The notes: generated by a model from the sequence alone, not told the origin. A DNA stretch of 64,000 nucleotides from Oculina patagonica (GCF_052425735.1 NC_135769.1:31000001-31064000); one strand, 5' to 3'; counted from the first letter of the stretch, positions 37,936-52,916 are shown. Numbers and translations are program-made.

Positions 37936-40900
37936 TCAAACGAAGCTTCCACTCCAATTATAAGTTAACATACGAAATAAGTGATATTATTTCCCTTTCT
38001 TTACTACGGTATTCTTGATAAAAAAATTAACAACTTTCATACCTTGGTTTGGAGCTAGTTTGGCTTGGCTTGCGTGCAAGAGAGTGAAAACTTTTTAGCC
38101 TTGCTCAATTCAAATTAGCATAAACTGAACTTGTGGTCTAGACGATTTAAGAGCGAGAGAGTTTGTTTGTCAACCACTAACACCAACGAAGGCAATAAAA
38201 ATAAAAATAAATAAAATAATACTGCTTTCCATTTTTGTGCAGGTTTTATTCAAAATTAACAAATAGTAGTCTGGTATATAACCGCAGGTTTCAATTCAAG
38301 CAAATCGACACTGCTTATTTCAAACAGTTGTCACTAAGAAATGATTTGTTTATAATAGTTTTAAATCTAATGCGCAGAAATTAATTACCGGCCAATTTAC
38401 AGAGGAGATGAATTTCAGTAACAGGAAAACTACGCTCCCATGTGAAAAACAAAACTTGAAAAATCAATGGTGTACAGGAGAAAATTTCCTCTCAAAGTGA
38501 CGAAATCCATATTTTGGCCATATGGTGAGATCTACGCCCTTCCGTTTTAATTTGGGATTATTTACGCCAAACGGATATTTTGCACGTTTTTGGCAAACAC
38601 TAAGCATTAAAAACAAGGTGTTTTGAAAGGTTTATTTTTAAAGTAGTCTTTGTCGATTGATTCAGTTGTGTCAGGGGAGTTGTGACTTAAGCTTATAATT
38701 TAGATGCAAATTCACACCGTTTCACGGAAATTACCGTCAGCTGTTTGCTATCTAAAGACGTTTAATATTTTGATCATCTTGTTCTTGCCATTTTCCATAA
38801 AGAAATGTTTCGTCTTCAACGAAACAGTTTAAGAACAACTGATTTAAAGAAAAAAGAAAATAAAAAAGGGCCACACTCTCAAAATCCTCTAGATGCCATC
38901 AGAAGAAACCTTAACGATTTGGAATAATTTATTTTTGAATTTAGACGGTTGTAATAACCTTTAAAAACAAGAAAAGTGTAACAAAAAATAGAAAGGTTCC
39001 TGTAAAGATAGTCTCCGTGAACAGGTACTGGGATTGTAAGTAGGAGTTGTCAATATGGGGTCGCTTGTGCGAGGTCCCACAAAAAATAAATAAATAAATA
39101 AATAAAAAAACAGAAAATGATAAACTGAGGAACAAGCGTTAGCAAGTAAAATGAGGAAAACATAAATATAAATAGGCAGTAAAGGTTAAACTAAATTCAT
39201 TAATTTGTTTCTTACATTAACGTCAACCACACTCAGCATAACTCAGGCCTAACGATCTTGAGGCTTCCATTATACGTTTTGCTTCACATGTTCCATTCGT
39301 CACGGATTTCTGCGAGCGTTGTCAATAGATATTTCCGAAGAATTGCCGATTGGAGGTCTCCCGAATGTTGCCAAAGATAATACTACTATAAAAAATACCA
39401 CTCTCTATACGATAAAAACACACTACTGCATGTATTTGCTAATTACTTTAGCCAATTTTAGAGCACACGCAGTAATTTATGCAACTTCTCTATTTATGCA
39501 AGAATATAAAATGATAAATATATTTGAACTTTACTCGTTTGCACACGGTAAGATAACGGCGAAATTACTCCTTATGCAAAAATAGTCCACTCACTTTCGA
39601 AGCCCTTTCGAGACTCGAGCACGCTGTTGTAGTGAAACAGAATTTAGATGTTCAGCAAATTTACAATCGTCATTTTCGGCCTGTTTTGATATGGTCGAAA
39701 CGAGGCCATTATTAAAGCAAATTTGTTATGGTAAGAACACGCACCGACTCTGAAAAAAGTGTTCTGTTGCATTTTGTCCTTCTCTCCTCCACATTTACCA
39801 CCCTGAGCGAACTAAGTTATCATGGTTTTGAATCGAAAGTCTTTACTGTTATTGATTTCTTAATTTCGTATGAAAATTTAGTTATCGTCAACGGTGTAAA
39901 TAAACGAGTGAAAACTGAGTCAAGCGTAACATAGGGTAACATTTATTCTAAATCTGGATTTTCTACTTAATTTCGGATTTATTTCGCTTTTATTTCGCTG
40001 TCTCAGATCTCGAAAATTCAATAAATGTAAAAATTTTAGTTTTATCGTCCAAAAACACAAACACAAGCAAGGTCAGGCAAGTTAAAAAAATACTGGAAGG
40101 TGGTTATTGTGCGTTAAAGAACAGAGTAATCTAGTCAGGATAAATTGCCGAATGGCACGATATTTACAACCCGCTAAGTGAGTAGCAAAAAAGATCAATC
40201 TTACCTTCACTATAATTTCATCTCAAATTGTATATCATTTGACACTTTGCATTTTTTTCCTGAAACTGATTTTAAAACGCTTTGTTGTTATTTTCGTGCC
40301 CTAGTTACGTGTGCTAAATTGTACACAGACAAGTTTTATCCAAGTTAATACACGTTAAGAAAAACTGATATTCTCAAAGGGATTATTAAGTCCATTGTCA
40401 TAAATAGAGCTTTTGAAATTTATAGGTATAATTAATTAATGTCGTCTAAGCATAGAAATGTGAAATGAATTTAAATAAAAAAACGTCTGGATGACGGTGA
40501 GAAGGATATGAAAAGAACAAGTTAATTTTTATAACAAATACAAGGACTAATAAAACGAGACTTGGCTAATTAAATTGAATTGTAACGAAAACCTAGTCCA
40601 TAAAATGGCATATGGTGCTGCTAGCACTGCAGTTCCTAATTTTGTCGAATTGTGCCAAAATTATGCTTACAAAATCATGCTCCTAGATTCCAAAATTATG
40701 CTTACAAAATGACAACGTTTCTGTTTATTGATTAAAACTAAAAGATAATTTAGTAGTCAAAAATACAATGTTTAGCAGGATGTTTTCATTGCCGCCATGA
40801 TATTCATTAACGTCAACCAAAATACCAAATTGTCTAACCTATCCAAAGAAGAATAGACGGCCCCAAAAACCTCGGTAAATGCAAATACATAGTTATGAAA

Positions 40901-41169
40901 GCGGCCGACAAAGACGGCGCGGTAGTTTTTTGGCAGACCGATTTGAAACGATCTGAAACTTTCAGACACCTTTTTACACCAAAGTTGACAAAGACCTCAC
41001 TCCTGGTAACCCAAAAAATTGCCAAAGAAACTATTCAGGATCGGATCTTATCTCCAAACAAGAATTTATCGCCTACTGCTCATAATCACATTATTATTAC
41101 TTCTACTACTTCCGTTAGCTATACTGACCCAAAAGTTCACAAATCCAGCAATCAACTCGGGCAAATTAA

Positions 41170-41830
41170 GGCATGGGTCAACAGTTACTTCCCTCAAAAA
41201 AAGTGAGGGGGTGGTCTAACTTCTAAGGCGTTGTTCATTACAACATAAAATTGTAGTTGACAGATGAGTCTCCAACAGTGATGATTTTTTGACATGTCGA
41301 AGTTATGCAAATTAGGTCACGTGACTTAATACGCTAAATAATCGTAGAAAATCTTTAAGCGAAATTGGGAACAGTTTATAGCAAGAGAAATTCAATTTGA
41401 ATGGTACAAGACAAGTCCTAATAGTAACAGCAAGGAAACTGTGCTTGGCAATTATTGAATATTTGATTGATTTTGGAAATAAACAGCTTTTTATACTAGT
41501 ACCCAGTCTCCCAGTAAAAGTGTTCTGTCTTTTGTAACGTTTCCTTTGAAATATTTTAACATTTCCAAGCACAGAAACAATGTACCTAATCGCCTTAAAG
41601 TTAAAAAACTGACAGCAATTTTAAGGAAGCAGGAAAAAGTGTTCCCGTTTTACGTAAGGTTTTTTTTGCGCCTTAAGAGGTCACGTGACCTAATTTGCAT
41701 ATTTTAGACATGCTAAAATGAAAACAATTGATAATCCATGGTTCTGGGAAAGTTTCATGCTGCTACAACTAAAGCTTCAAGAGAAAGACTACCCCCTCAC
41801 TTTCTGGGCGAATATCGAGAGGCCCATGCC
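41170..41830. mobile_element. Kolobok-type non-autonomous element
   Basis: TTAA|GGCATGGG...CCCATGCC|TTAA with subterminal IR AAAGTGAGGGGGT(G/A)GTC. Confidence 0.75.
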
Positions 41831-42237
41831 TTAATTTGCTTGAGAAGGCTACCTATGTCAGTAGCAGTAGCCGTTGCGGTAGTAAAAGTGATATTGGTGA
41901 TGGCAATTTTATTTTAAGTTAATGAAACTGAATGGTTTCAAGATCTTTTTGGAAAAATTTTTTTATACAAAGCCGACGAATAAAGGCGTATTTAATATGC
42001 TTGTATTTACGGCTCGGTGAAAACATTTGCTTATAATGATGTTTTTTTATTCCGACGGTTAAACCAAACAAAGACCACTTAACTGCAGAAGGGTTTAATC
42101 CGCACAAGTTAGAAACAGTATAAAGAGTTTTAATTTGGCCGCGAAATAAAATTTATTTATCAAACACATTTGAATACTGCCCTCGGAATTTTTTGAATCT
42201 AATTGTTTCCAAATTGGACAAGGATGTAGTCCTGTTA

Positions 42238-42463
42238 AGCGGCCTTCGCGCGACAAACTAAAGTTGGCAAACTCAAGTTGGTGTGTGTGAACGACACAGC
42301 AACAGTTGGCAAACAAGTTGGCAAACTCTTAGTGAGAATAGAAACAAGTTCTATTTTGTCGCCAACAGTTGGCCAACTTGTTTGCCGTTGTTGCGTCATT
42401 CACATACACCAACTTGAGTTTGCCAACACGAGTTGGCCAATAGTTTATCGAGTGAAGGCCGCT
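42238..42463. mobile_element. PIF/Harbinger-like palindromic MITE
   Basis: TTA|AGCGGCCTTC...GAAGGCCGCT|TTA with internal GTTGGCAAAC repeats. Confidence 0.78.
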
Positions 42464-42770
42464 TTACATATTGATTATATAGCTAGAAGCCAGTCAATGC
42501 AGCGTAAACAATATACTCATGTCCAGAACAGGAAAAGCCTTTATTAACACAGGATAACAAAACAGTTGACTGATAACAAAACTTGACTGTCGTGAAGGAA
42601 GGTTTGATTAAGGTTTAGAGCAGCTAAAACGAGTGTAGGCGGCGAGGTGGTGCAGCCTGTGACGTAAGCCTATTTACAAATTTACCCTTTTCCAGGAGCG
42701 AGTGTTTTTTTGGCATGTCGTCAAAAGGGATGCATTACTTCTGATCCCGAAAAGGTAAAACAAGTTCAGA

Positions 42771-42833
<63 letters not shown>
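42771..42833. repeat. (CAT)21 microsatellite, probably the 3' tail of a minus-strand LINE remnant (~42834-42910)
   Basis: Perfect CAT repeat; on the minus strand it follows AATAAAGGTT, as in CR1/L2-type 3' ends. Confidence 0.9.
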
Positions 42834-43561
42834 AACCTTTATTTACACACGATAGGGGTTTAAAGCACAATGCTTGTGGGGTCGTGTATTATACTAAATA
42901 TTACTAAATACTAATAAACTAATATATTTCTAAATGGCCCTGACCGACGCATATGTCAATACTTCAACGAAGCGTTTTATTTTTCTTATTTTTTTGCAAA
43001 CAAATGTATCTTTAAGGACGGAGGTATGTTAGTGAAGAAAAAATAAACTCTTACAAAAACGACCAGATTGACTGACAAAAGCTTCGTTTAACTGATTTTC
43101 TCCGATCTTGCGCACCGAGAGAAAAAATTAAATTTTAATATTTGCACAGCTACATGTACATACACGTATGAATTTAATTTTATTCATAAGAAGTTTGTAA
43201 AGACTTTTTGATAGAAAACCTGGAGCACTTTTTTTTCGTCATATATATGAAAGTTCTTCATGGAGCTCTCGGAAAATTTTGGCCTTTGAAGGTATAGAGT
43301 AAAGTCTATTTTTTACGCTTTAGATAACAAGCTGCGTTTCTTCTTTTTATTTAAATAGGACATTTCTCCTTTAAGCAAAATCCTAGCACAGAAAAATTCA
43401 TTTAAAAATGAGGTTTACTCACTCATTTTAGAGTTTTGCACCCTTTTGCACTAGGGAGCGGAGCTCGGAAATTGCCTATTCTAACGAGTGAAGTTATCCT
43501 AAAGAAGCGTGAACATAAGCAGTAACTAATGATTCCCGCCTGACTAGGAGAAACGATCGTT

Positions 43562-46259
43562 TCACTCCTGGGAACATGGTCCTGCTGTGTGGGGCGAGTG
43601 GGTGGTGTTGTTGGCAGGTTCTCTCGTCTGAGGTGCAGGATGAACTCTGGCTGACAAGGACGCAGTGCAACATATCGTTTTCTTCATCTTCTCTCTGAAT
43701 TGCTGATTCAACAGAGCGTATACAAACGGGTTGACAGCAGAATTAAACAGAACCATTGTGTTAGTGATGGCGATTGGGACCGGACCAACGTCGTGGGGCG
43801 CAAAAGACCTCAGGGTGTAGACAACTGAGCTCGTACCCCAACATATTCCAAATATCACACTAACAGCAACGACCATCAAGGTGACGCGCTTCCGTACCCT
43901 CATCACACCCTGTGTATTGACAAATGAACAACCTAATGACTAAGGAGTATTTGGATCAAAGAAAGATAGAGTTTGGGTTAAACAATTAGTAAGCAATCAC
44001 TTGGTAAACTTTTTGATCTTTGGGAGCGGTTTCGTACTCCATTCAGAAGCGAAACGAAGATCTATCGCTTTACTGTTAGTTAGTAAGTTAGTTAGTTAGT
44101 TAGTTTGCCAGCTAGTTAGTTAGTTAGTTAGTGCCCCCTTCCCGTTAATACAGATTTCCCTTTAATAGAGGAACAGAGCGTTCTCCGGAACAAAAGTTTG
44201 TCTCACCTTGAAAAGGGCGCCCAGCACAAAGTAGAGATCCCATTGTATACTTACAGAGCCAAAGTATCACTACGTCTAAAAGTAGTTCATTTTTTTTTTA
44301 TTCTCATTGGTGCAGCCAAATATGTGTATAGTTTTGGATTCTATACTTTACGTATTATGACCTCCAAGTTAACACTTACTTTTTGTTGCTCGCTGAGTGT
44401 ACAGTCGTCATTACGTTTGATCCACAACGTGTACACGACTCTGGAGTACAACGCAAGCATCAGTACCAAAGGAAAAAAAGCCAAGGCACTCCACGTCAAA
44501 TTATAAGCCTTGCCCATCCACTTCTCAGGCCATTTATACACGCACAAGTTGCTTTCCCTGTCAAAGTTCCATACCAGGAACGGCGGGATATTGAGTATTA
44601 ATGAAAAGATCCAAACAGCAAGAATAATCACCTGAAAAGAAAGAGTAAAATACGTGGTAGTGATTCACAATAGCCTAAAAAGGCTGTCTAATTTGCAACA
44701 GCAACGTACATTTATAGAAGTGTAACTAAAACGCGATTTTTCCTATTTGGATGTAAAACGGAAAATTGTACTTATTTGAAATTGACAATAAGCCAATCAA
44801 AAGCTTTGTGTACTGTCTACTGTCCAGTCACTGACCTGATATATCGCTATTTTTTGGCCGAATTTGGGTTCAGTTAAATTTTAGTACGCCTCAGCGGCTT
44901 CGCTCAGGCTCGTTTGGTCACTCTATGTAGTAGATAAAATATGAGCAGGAGATCTGCATGGGCGGTTACAATGGCGAGCCGATAGGCGAGCCATTGTAAA
45001 CGGCCATACAGATCGGACGCGAATATTGTATTCTACTTGTGAAATGAAAACAATAAATTGAATGCAAAGTATAGTTATGCAACCAGTAGAGATCTGTATC
45101 AAAAATTAATGAATACTAATTAGCTGAGCAGGAGTTTGTATCAAAAGTTAATTCAATTGTTTGATTTGTATTGGGGTTTACAGTTGTGTACATGGGATCT
45201 GAATACTGTGCTGGGATTGGTTTGCACCCTCATGAATAATTAATGAATTTTTCAAGAGTATTTTAACTCGACCGTCAAAAAGGTACTGAATAAAAACCTG
45301 CATTTATATATATAAAAAATTACCATAATATATGAACCAAGAATTAACCACATTTGTTTTATAGATAAAACTAATCAACACTCTAGTTAGCCAGACACAC
45401 CTTTAGTTTACGCTCGCTTAGCTTTCCTTTGTTACCAAGAGGATACACCACTGCATAATATCGTTCAATGGCGACGACAGGCAAAGTGGCAATCGAGGAG
45501 GCTCCTCCAATCCATGCGACGGTTCCAGTTATTAAGGTTTTGCATAAAACTGTACCAATTATCCCGTTCGGATGGCTGGTAAACGAAAACTGGACAAAGA
45601 ATACATTTGGGGCGATAAACGTCACGTACATGATATCCGCTACAGCCAGGTTAAGGAGTAGATAATTTATGGGAATCCTGTGGAATAGTAAAATTAAGAT
45701 TACGATAAAAAAAGAGAAAATGCCATTAAAAGTAAGCTCGGCATAGCATCAGTCATGCATGTGCGCGTGGAAGAAGCTCTAAACAGTATACGAAGTATCC
45801 CTGGCAATTTTATAGATCCAAAAGTGGACAATTTGCTGAGGTATTGCTCTTAATTTCAGTTGAAGAACACATCATGTGACCCTTAAAAATAAGTCCGTAG
45901 CAAATTTATTTTTTTGCGTCGAGTGGCAAGGTTTTGGACAACTCCGGTTTCCTAAGCTTTAATTTCCGTGTTCACAAACGCAGCGATAAACAATGACGTC
46001 AAATCAATTTAATATCCACCAATCCGCATTTGCGTCCAGATATTTCGTTCTCGTACTTCGCGGTTATTATATTTTCTCCCGGACCTAAAATAAAAAATAT
46101 GCTTACAGAGTACTTTAAATGAAATATACAGACGGTATCGACTTACCTCATATCTCGATTTCTTATTATGATCGCACAAACGAGTATATTTCCCACGATG
46201 CCTCCAATGGCGAGTATGGAGAGTACCGTTGTTATGGCAATAGCAGGTGATTCGAACAT
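43562..46259 (-). CDS. Class A neuropeptide-receptor-like GPCR, paralogue 2a; 4 exons (46259-46147, 45677-45401, 44631-44380, 43909-43562), ~329 aa
   Basis: MFESPAIAITTVLSILAIGGIVGN, NLAVAD, LCK (TM3 Cys), ERYYAV, ECL2 Cys, ICWG, NPFVY. GT-AG introns are in frame (990 nt). Confidence 0.9.
44929..45260 (+). mobile_element. Hairpin (Crypton-like architecture) element, copy E, in GPCR 2a intron
   Basis: Hairpin 44929-45037 centred on GGCGAGCC-GATA-GGCGAGCC with GA/GA mismatches; weak second IR to ~45260. Confidence 0.6.
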
Positions 46260-47447
46260 GATCGAAGAGCGTCAATTTTAGTGATGTGAACTGCATAAAC
46301 AAAATATGATGAACTATAAAGACATGCGCGTTTCAAAGAGGTACCTGTTGTCGAAGACTGACTTCCTGAACTCGAAAGGAAACACCGAAATTATTTACCT
46401 TCACTATCACATATTCAGGCAAAGCATAAACCAATATATATGTTACTTCCCTTTCATAATTTTTGTAAATTTCGACGGAAACTTAATACATGTTGCCTGG
46501 AAGAGTTAACACAAAACCATAACAGATCCACCAAATAATCCCTTTTTAAACTGGTGAAGTATCATGGGTCCAAATGCTCTTTCGATTTTATTTTACTATC
46601 ACGAGCTTAATTTTATATATTTAACGACTTGGGGAAAATAGATGCCAATATCTTTTCACAGCACCTATCAAACGGTAAATTAAGATAAGCAGGGGAACCA
46701 TCTTCCAAATTTCACATGTAGCTCAGTTGTCATGGCATCCCTTGAAGATCGGATCTGATAGTTGTATCAGCACAGTAGATTCCGTCAAATTACTAGTAAA
46801 CGCACTTTCATATGAAAATAATTTATGTAGCTCTGCATACAGAGCTGCGTGAATTATCGTGTGTTCAAAACCGCGCGCTTGATGCGCTTGCTGCCTGAGT
46901 TTTAAATTGTCAAAGACAGCTGCGAGGGTTTTTGTTCCTGATACTAAACTCAGCACTTTATTTTCAAGCATCCTTATTTTAAAATGATGATAAGTATTGC
47001 TTGAACTTTCTGCTTCCTTCTGCGCTAGCCTGTTGTAATGAGCTCACAACCAGAACTTTTTCAGTCCGTGAAAAGCAATATGCTACTACAATTTAAAATA
47101 ACAATACCGACCAACACGACAACGCGACACGTCTGCCTGATAATCCGATTAAGCTAACTCCGTCAAATCTTTAAGTTGCAATCGAAAATAGAAATAATTA
47201 AATAAAAAAAAAAACAAACAAACAAAAAACCTACCCTTATCTTGAGAAGCTGAAGAAGAAATCGAAAATATAATTATTGCAGTTCACCCGGAAAATACAT
47301 CACTTTGGTCTAACTAGCACCTTGCATTTTTTGTGCGCTATATTTAAAACCACCACCACTTTTGCTGTTGTTGTTGTTGTTTTTGTTGAACTACTTTAGA
47401 AGACGGAAATTTATTAAGCACGGCAGCTTGTTAAAGAATATATACCG

Positions 47448-47908
47448 TTTAAGTAAAATTCTACTGGTATACTAATGCAAATGCCGCAATCTCATTGGCT
47501 GAGCTATCGCACAATATCAGCCATTAGTGTGCAGAGGCTTGAGGGTCGTCTACAAAATGGTGACATGCAATTTCGTTTCTCCGACGTTTCAGGGGAAGTT
47601 AAGCAATATTACTGATAATTCAATTCCGTAGAACACTAAAAGAAGTAAATTCACCGCTATGCGAGTTTAAAACGTCAAAATTGTTTAATAAACTGATAAG
47701 CGCAAATATACAGTCAATCCGAGCGCGACCTTGCTATCGGCTTGAAGTTAAATACTATTCCATTAGCAAAGAAATGACATGAAATCGTTATTTGAAGGAA
47801 AATACGTTAGAATTCTACGTGTTAGATTATTCTCAAAAGATTTCAATGAGGCGATTTTTGCTTCAGCCTTGCCTCATCAACTATCTCCTCATAATCTAAT
47901 TATTAAAT
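47448..47908 (-). mobile_element. Degenerate hairpin + second-IR element, copy D, upstream of GPCR 2a
   Basis: TTTAAGTAAAATTCTAC...CTCATTGGCT...hairpin remnant ending ATAATCTAATTATTAAAT; homologous to 58213-61186. Confidence 0.6.
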
Positions 47909-48101
47909 AGATTCACGTTTACATAAAAATAATTTCCCTACAACACAGATGTTTTATCAGAGGAAAGCAAACCATAGGCTTCAGGTAAAGCGGAAACGTT
48001 TGATAACGTGAAGTTGTCATTTTCATAAAAAAGAAAAAGATCTAGTTCTTTGATTACGTAACTATTTTCCGTTTTGTTACGTAATATCTTCAGCATTCGT
48101 A

Positions 48102-48900
48102 GGGCCTGTTTATATATATATGGAGGAGAGTTGTTCCTGGTAGGTTATCCTCTCCCCCGAGCCATCTTTTGCCGAACGTTTAGATGAGAAAGTTGTCCCT
48201 GTTGACCAAGCCAAAACTTGGCCCTCTCGGTTCAAAAGACTGGCGAGAGTTGTTTTGAAACATCTATTATGGCGGCCTTTTCTAAAAACAGGAACGCTGA
48301 AACATCGACCAAGGCCATTTTATGGACAAATTTACCGCCGACTTCGATTTCAATTTATCCACAATTTTGTTTTGGCTGATTGTAGCGTTTGCGCATGCTC
48401 CGTATGTGTCAACTTGTCCCTGGTAGGCGAGGCAAAAATAACCAAACTGTTTATATGGAGAAAAAGTTGGCTCCCTCCCCAGGGTCACCCTACCTTCAAA
48501 GCGAGTGACCCTCCACTCAAAGCCACCCTGCCACCCGGCCCCCTCCCCCCCCCCCCCCAGCCAACTTTGTAATTTCTCATATAAACAGTTCGCAGCTATT
48601 TATAAAGAACCGTATGAAAACATCTCTCGCCCGGGGTGGCTCGGTATGGAGGGTAACCCTCCTACCAGGGACAACTCTCCTCACTTATGTCCAGGATTAA
48701 ACGCAGGTATTGTTTAATGAGTACTTCATGTTTGACTGTGTTATTTGATATTTCCATATTACTTCATATTTGACAAAATTTGGTGTGTTTTGGTGAATTT
48801 TTATTAATAAGGACACTTTGTGATGCCTGTCATGAGGAAAGTGCATCTCATTAGCGTTCAATCCTGGACATATCTGACTCTCCTCCATATAAACAGGCCC
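48102..48900. mobile_element. PIF/Harbinger-like element containing a nested hAT-like MITE (48682-48876, 8-bp TSD ACTCTCCT)
   Basis: TIR GGGCCTGTTTATAT..GGAGGAGAG / CTCTCCTCCATATAAACAGGCCC. Inner IR TATGTCCAGGATT(A/G)AACGC. A related partial copy lies at ~11461-11960. Confidence 0.78.
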
Positions 48901-50444
48901 TTAATCACCTCGGTACTGCCTCCTTGCTGTTTTCTTAAACAGACATTTGCAATCTACGTCGTGTCTTTTAAACGGAGAAGAAATTAATTGAAATTGAAGA
49001 AATTGAAATTTATTGATGAATTTAATTGATTAATGAGCAAGGGTCCTGCAAAACCTTAACCTCCACATGTTATGGTGTGGTTCTCGCAAAGAAATGGATT
49101 TTGTCACCCAAAGCATTTCATCTTTTCTTATCTTCTTGTAAACAAATTTACTTATTTTTTTAAGACCAATACTGCGCGAGTGAAGAATATTGCTTTCCTT
49201 TGCAAACAAACAAAACAAAAATAAAACAAAACAAAGCAATACAAAACCAAAAACAAACAAACAATAAACATACAGGCAAACAAAAAGAAGATAGTCCGAC
49301 TAAAACTTAATCTTTGTTTAATTTCCTTGGATCCTGCAAACAAGGTAAAAATTTATAATAATACAAATCATAGAAAAGCTTTGGGAGAGAAAGATACTGC
49401 TCGCCAGCGTATAACAACAAAGTGACAACCGCTTGGCCCTTTCATGTAAATTGACACAAAGACGATTCCTTATGCACGTGCGTTAAACGACAAAAAGCAA
49501 TTTTTTCAAAACATTAAATTGCTTAAACGATTATGAAAATCATTAATGTAGTCTCTTAATGCTAGGTACGTGGAAGGCCCCTATGGTGTTGACATTAGTT
49601 AAAGAGAATTAAAGTGACTCACCACAAAAACTTAAGGTATGTTTCCTGCAAATGGCGAAAGCGGCAGCGATCTTTGTAGACTGCTTGTTTTTGCATCGGC
49701 CCAGCAGGTATCTCGCTCAAAGAGTCATTCACATCACCATCAAGGCATCATAAAGGATAAAGAAATAATTACCGGCTTGGCTGACGAACTCGTTTATTCA
49801 CTAAGGGTAGTATCTCCGCTATGCCATTGACAGCAGATCGAGAAGATTTGAATATGCCTGTGTTGCGAAACTAAATAATAAGTACATTCACTTGCTATGA
49901 TAAATTACAAAAACTAAGATAGGCTGATCTGATCGAAGTTGACATACCGGTATATTTACCTCGATGACATTTTATATATCATTGCTAACTTTCTATCTTC
50001 TTGTAAACAGTTTTTCAACAACTTCGGCTAACAGCAAGCCGATAGCCACGTCGCCTGCCCACACAAAAGATAAGAAGTACAACATCCTTATAATTTTTAA
50101 GAGCATAATTTTGGTAAGATAAATAATTGCTTACAATCATTACTGTTTTGAACGTAACTTTATTTTGTTGACATAAGCAAAGTTAAATTGAAACGAATAA
50201 AATATATTCGTATGTGAAAAAGAAATAGAAGCGTAGAACAGATATATTAGCAAATTAAACGAAGTACAGCGTCGAGGCGATTATTCTTAAGAACCAAATT
50301 TTAATTTGGTACTGTAAATAATTGCTTCCAGTCCTAACTATTAAGAACAAAATTTTATTTTCTTGACAGAAATAAGGTTCTTGACCAACAAAACTCACCA
50401 AAAAACACCTGTGATTGTGTTGCTTGACGGATGCACAGTGTATG

Positions 50445-51200
50445 CAGGGACCGCAGAGAGAGAGAGAGGCTAGCTAGAGGGCATTTACAGTAACATAAAA
50501 AAATATAATGAATAGAAAAACCAACGAAAAATTCCTGAAAATATTTCGTTTCTGGACGCCATATTATATTGATTTAGTTTGTAAAGGATGAAAGTAACAG
50601 CAGTCACTATTGCCAAAGTAGTCGCCTTCAACTTAGATATTTAAAAAACAAGTAAATGCGGACAATTGTCTTAAAGGTTTTCAGTTTTAATCGAAAAATG
50701 TTAGGCTACTACGGGAGGGTGAGAAGACTTCTCATGAAAAAGGCCTGTTTTATCATTGGCCAGTCTCGATCCGAACGAATGAGTTACGTTTAAATGACGA
50801 TACGGGTTTGTTTTCGAGCTTTTTTTTTCGACCTTCTTTTTGTAACAATGAAAATTAAATGGTCTCTTCTGTTTTCATTCGTTTTGGTAACATTCCAGTT
50901 GCCGGTACTTCAACATGGCGAGAAAGGTTCGTGTCTTGATGTCTTGATGTAAGGTTTAAAGGGTCAGTGAGTAGTTATATTGAACGTTTTGTGGAGCAAC
51001 GTATCTTTTCAAGTTATACTTTAACAAAAGAAAAATTAAGTGCTGAACTTTTAAATTTTTTATTTCAAATGCATTTTGCGGTATCTAAGAGAAATTGAAA
51101 TTCAACTTTTCCCGGGGGAGAATCCCCTCCCCCTAGCTGGCCCACGTTTCCGTGTTCGAGTTTTAAACCCCCCACTCAAATTCTTCCTGCGCGGTCCCTG
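50445..51200. mobile_element. hAT-like non-autonomous element
   Basis: Termini CAGGGACCGC / GCGGTCCCTG; TSD not clean. Confidence 0.5.
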
Positions 51201-51439
51201 GTAAGTAGGTAGAGCGCCGAGCAGTACTACTGGGCTCGGTGTTCGGAGCTTCTGATTAATCACCGTCGGTCATTTAAAGTATCACGCATAAGCTTTCTAG
51301 TTTCTTTTTTGTCTCTCTGCCACGGTTTCTTTATAAATTGTTTACATTATTTTATTGTATACTTTCTTTGTAATTGATTTGTGTGGCAAATAAAATAAAT
51401 AGTAACGACAGAAAGTCACTTGTTTGAATGACATAATTG

Positions 51440-51672
51440 TTTATTTATTTATATATATACAAAACCATCTGGTTTAGTTAAAATGATGCTAGTTTAAACA
51501 GAGTCCTGATTAAATAGTAATAAAAAACACTAAAAAAAGTCATACAAGATAGGACATACAACAGATTTAAGAGACTGAGTTCACTGGAGCTTAAAGAATT
51601 GCTTTGCAAGCGACTTAAACTTGTTGAAGTCAGATACTGATCTTATTTCAGAAGGCAACGAGTTATAACCAT
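51440..51672 (-). mobile_element. 3' end of CR1/L2-type LINE
   Basis: Minus strand encodes YNSLPSEIRSVSDFNKFKSLAKQFFK, a typical ORF2 C-terminus, followed by a 3'UTR ending in AATAAATAAA. Confidence 0.65.
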
Positions 51673-52873
51673 GCGCACCATTAGCCTAAACTTGGTCACA
51701 AAAATTCTTCTTCCCGTCGTTCCCCGCGCTCCCCCTATTTTTCATTTTTCGTGCTTTTCGCCTTCCGTCCCCCCGTGTTTTTCGTCTTCCCCCACTAAAG
51801 GAGCCTCTGTGGAGGCGAGAGGGTTTGGTGGGCATGTTTAAATTCACTCAGTAGGTAGCTAGATAGGTGCCAATTCGTTGACACTGTTAAAATCCGTGAC
51901 AAAGCCCATTTAATTCCCCTACAAAAGTCCCTGTTGTTTCACTCTCTTTTAGAAGTAACAGCTGTAACCTGCACTGAACATCATAACTTCCTTTAAGTCA
52001 TTTAAAATAATTTTCAAAATTAGTCGAACTTTACGTGGACCGCCACTTAATTACGATTCGACGGCAACGAGTAACCACACAACTGAAAATAATGTAACGC
52101 TGGCTGTCAAATTCATATAACGTTACAAAGTTTACATAATATGAAAGGTGGTTGTATGTTCTTCTCTGCATGTCAGCTTTTCATGCTCAAAATAGCCCGG
52201 GGGATTATTAAATTTTCTTTTTTATAAGGGAGGTTTCACACCCAGCACCAACCCCTCAACCTTTCATTTACAATTTTTGATTTTTGTCAGAAAAGTTAAC
52301 CCTTTCATAAACTTCGATAGGAAATGGCTCCCCTTTCACATAGCTGCAGAAGGGATACGGCATCTCTTTTCTTATTTTTTTTTCACTTGAATAACCCTTT
52401 AAAATACATAGAATGATCGACCGTTTAGACAGTCTGCTAGAGAAATTTCAAAAGGCGCCTTTAAAGTACCTAAATGACAGTTTCCCCTACCCTTTGTATA
52501 CTTATTGTTAATTATTATGCTAATATTCAACTGACAAACTTCATTTTGACATGCTTAGCTTTATGTATTAAATAGATTTAGCCAAGCCTAAAAGTGGAGC
52601 TCCCCGTTTATTTACTTTGCCCTTTTTGTAAATCCGAAGTTACTGGCCATTGACAAGAAAAAAAACTTGCGCCCGCGATCTAATGGAACACCATAACTTG
52701 GTCAGCGGTCAAATTCAAAGAAACACGCGACCACGATGAGTTCTATTCTTGAGCCCGCGATATGGTCATGTGATACTGGTCAGCGGATACCTTTTTTTGA
52801 CAACTGCCAATTGACCGTAAATGAAACCAGATTGATTGCAAGGCTGGTACGACGGCAGGAGGGCAAGATTTAT

Positions 52874-52916
52874 TGGCCAATATTTCAACTAGCAGAGCTA
52901 GTCTTCTTCAGGTCCA
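52874..52916 (-). ncRNA. Minimal hammerhead ribozyme motif (inverted copy)
   Basis: Minus strand reads TGGAC-CTGAAGA-A-GACTAGC-TCT-GCTAGTT-GAAA-TATT-GGCCA; one stem I mismatch. Confidence 0.6.

Noticed and set aside
44075-44131. (TTAG)n as interstitial telomere repeat
   Set aside because: It is a tetranucleotide microsatellite, not TTAGGG.
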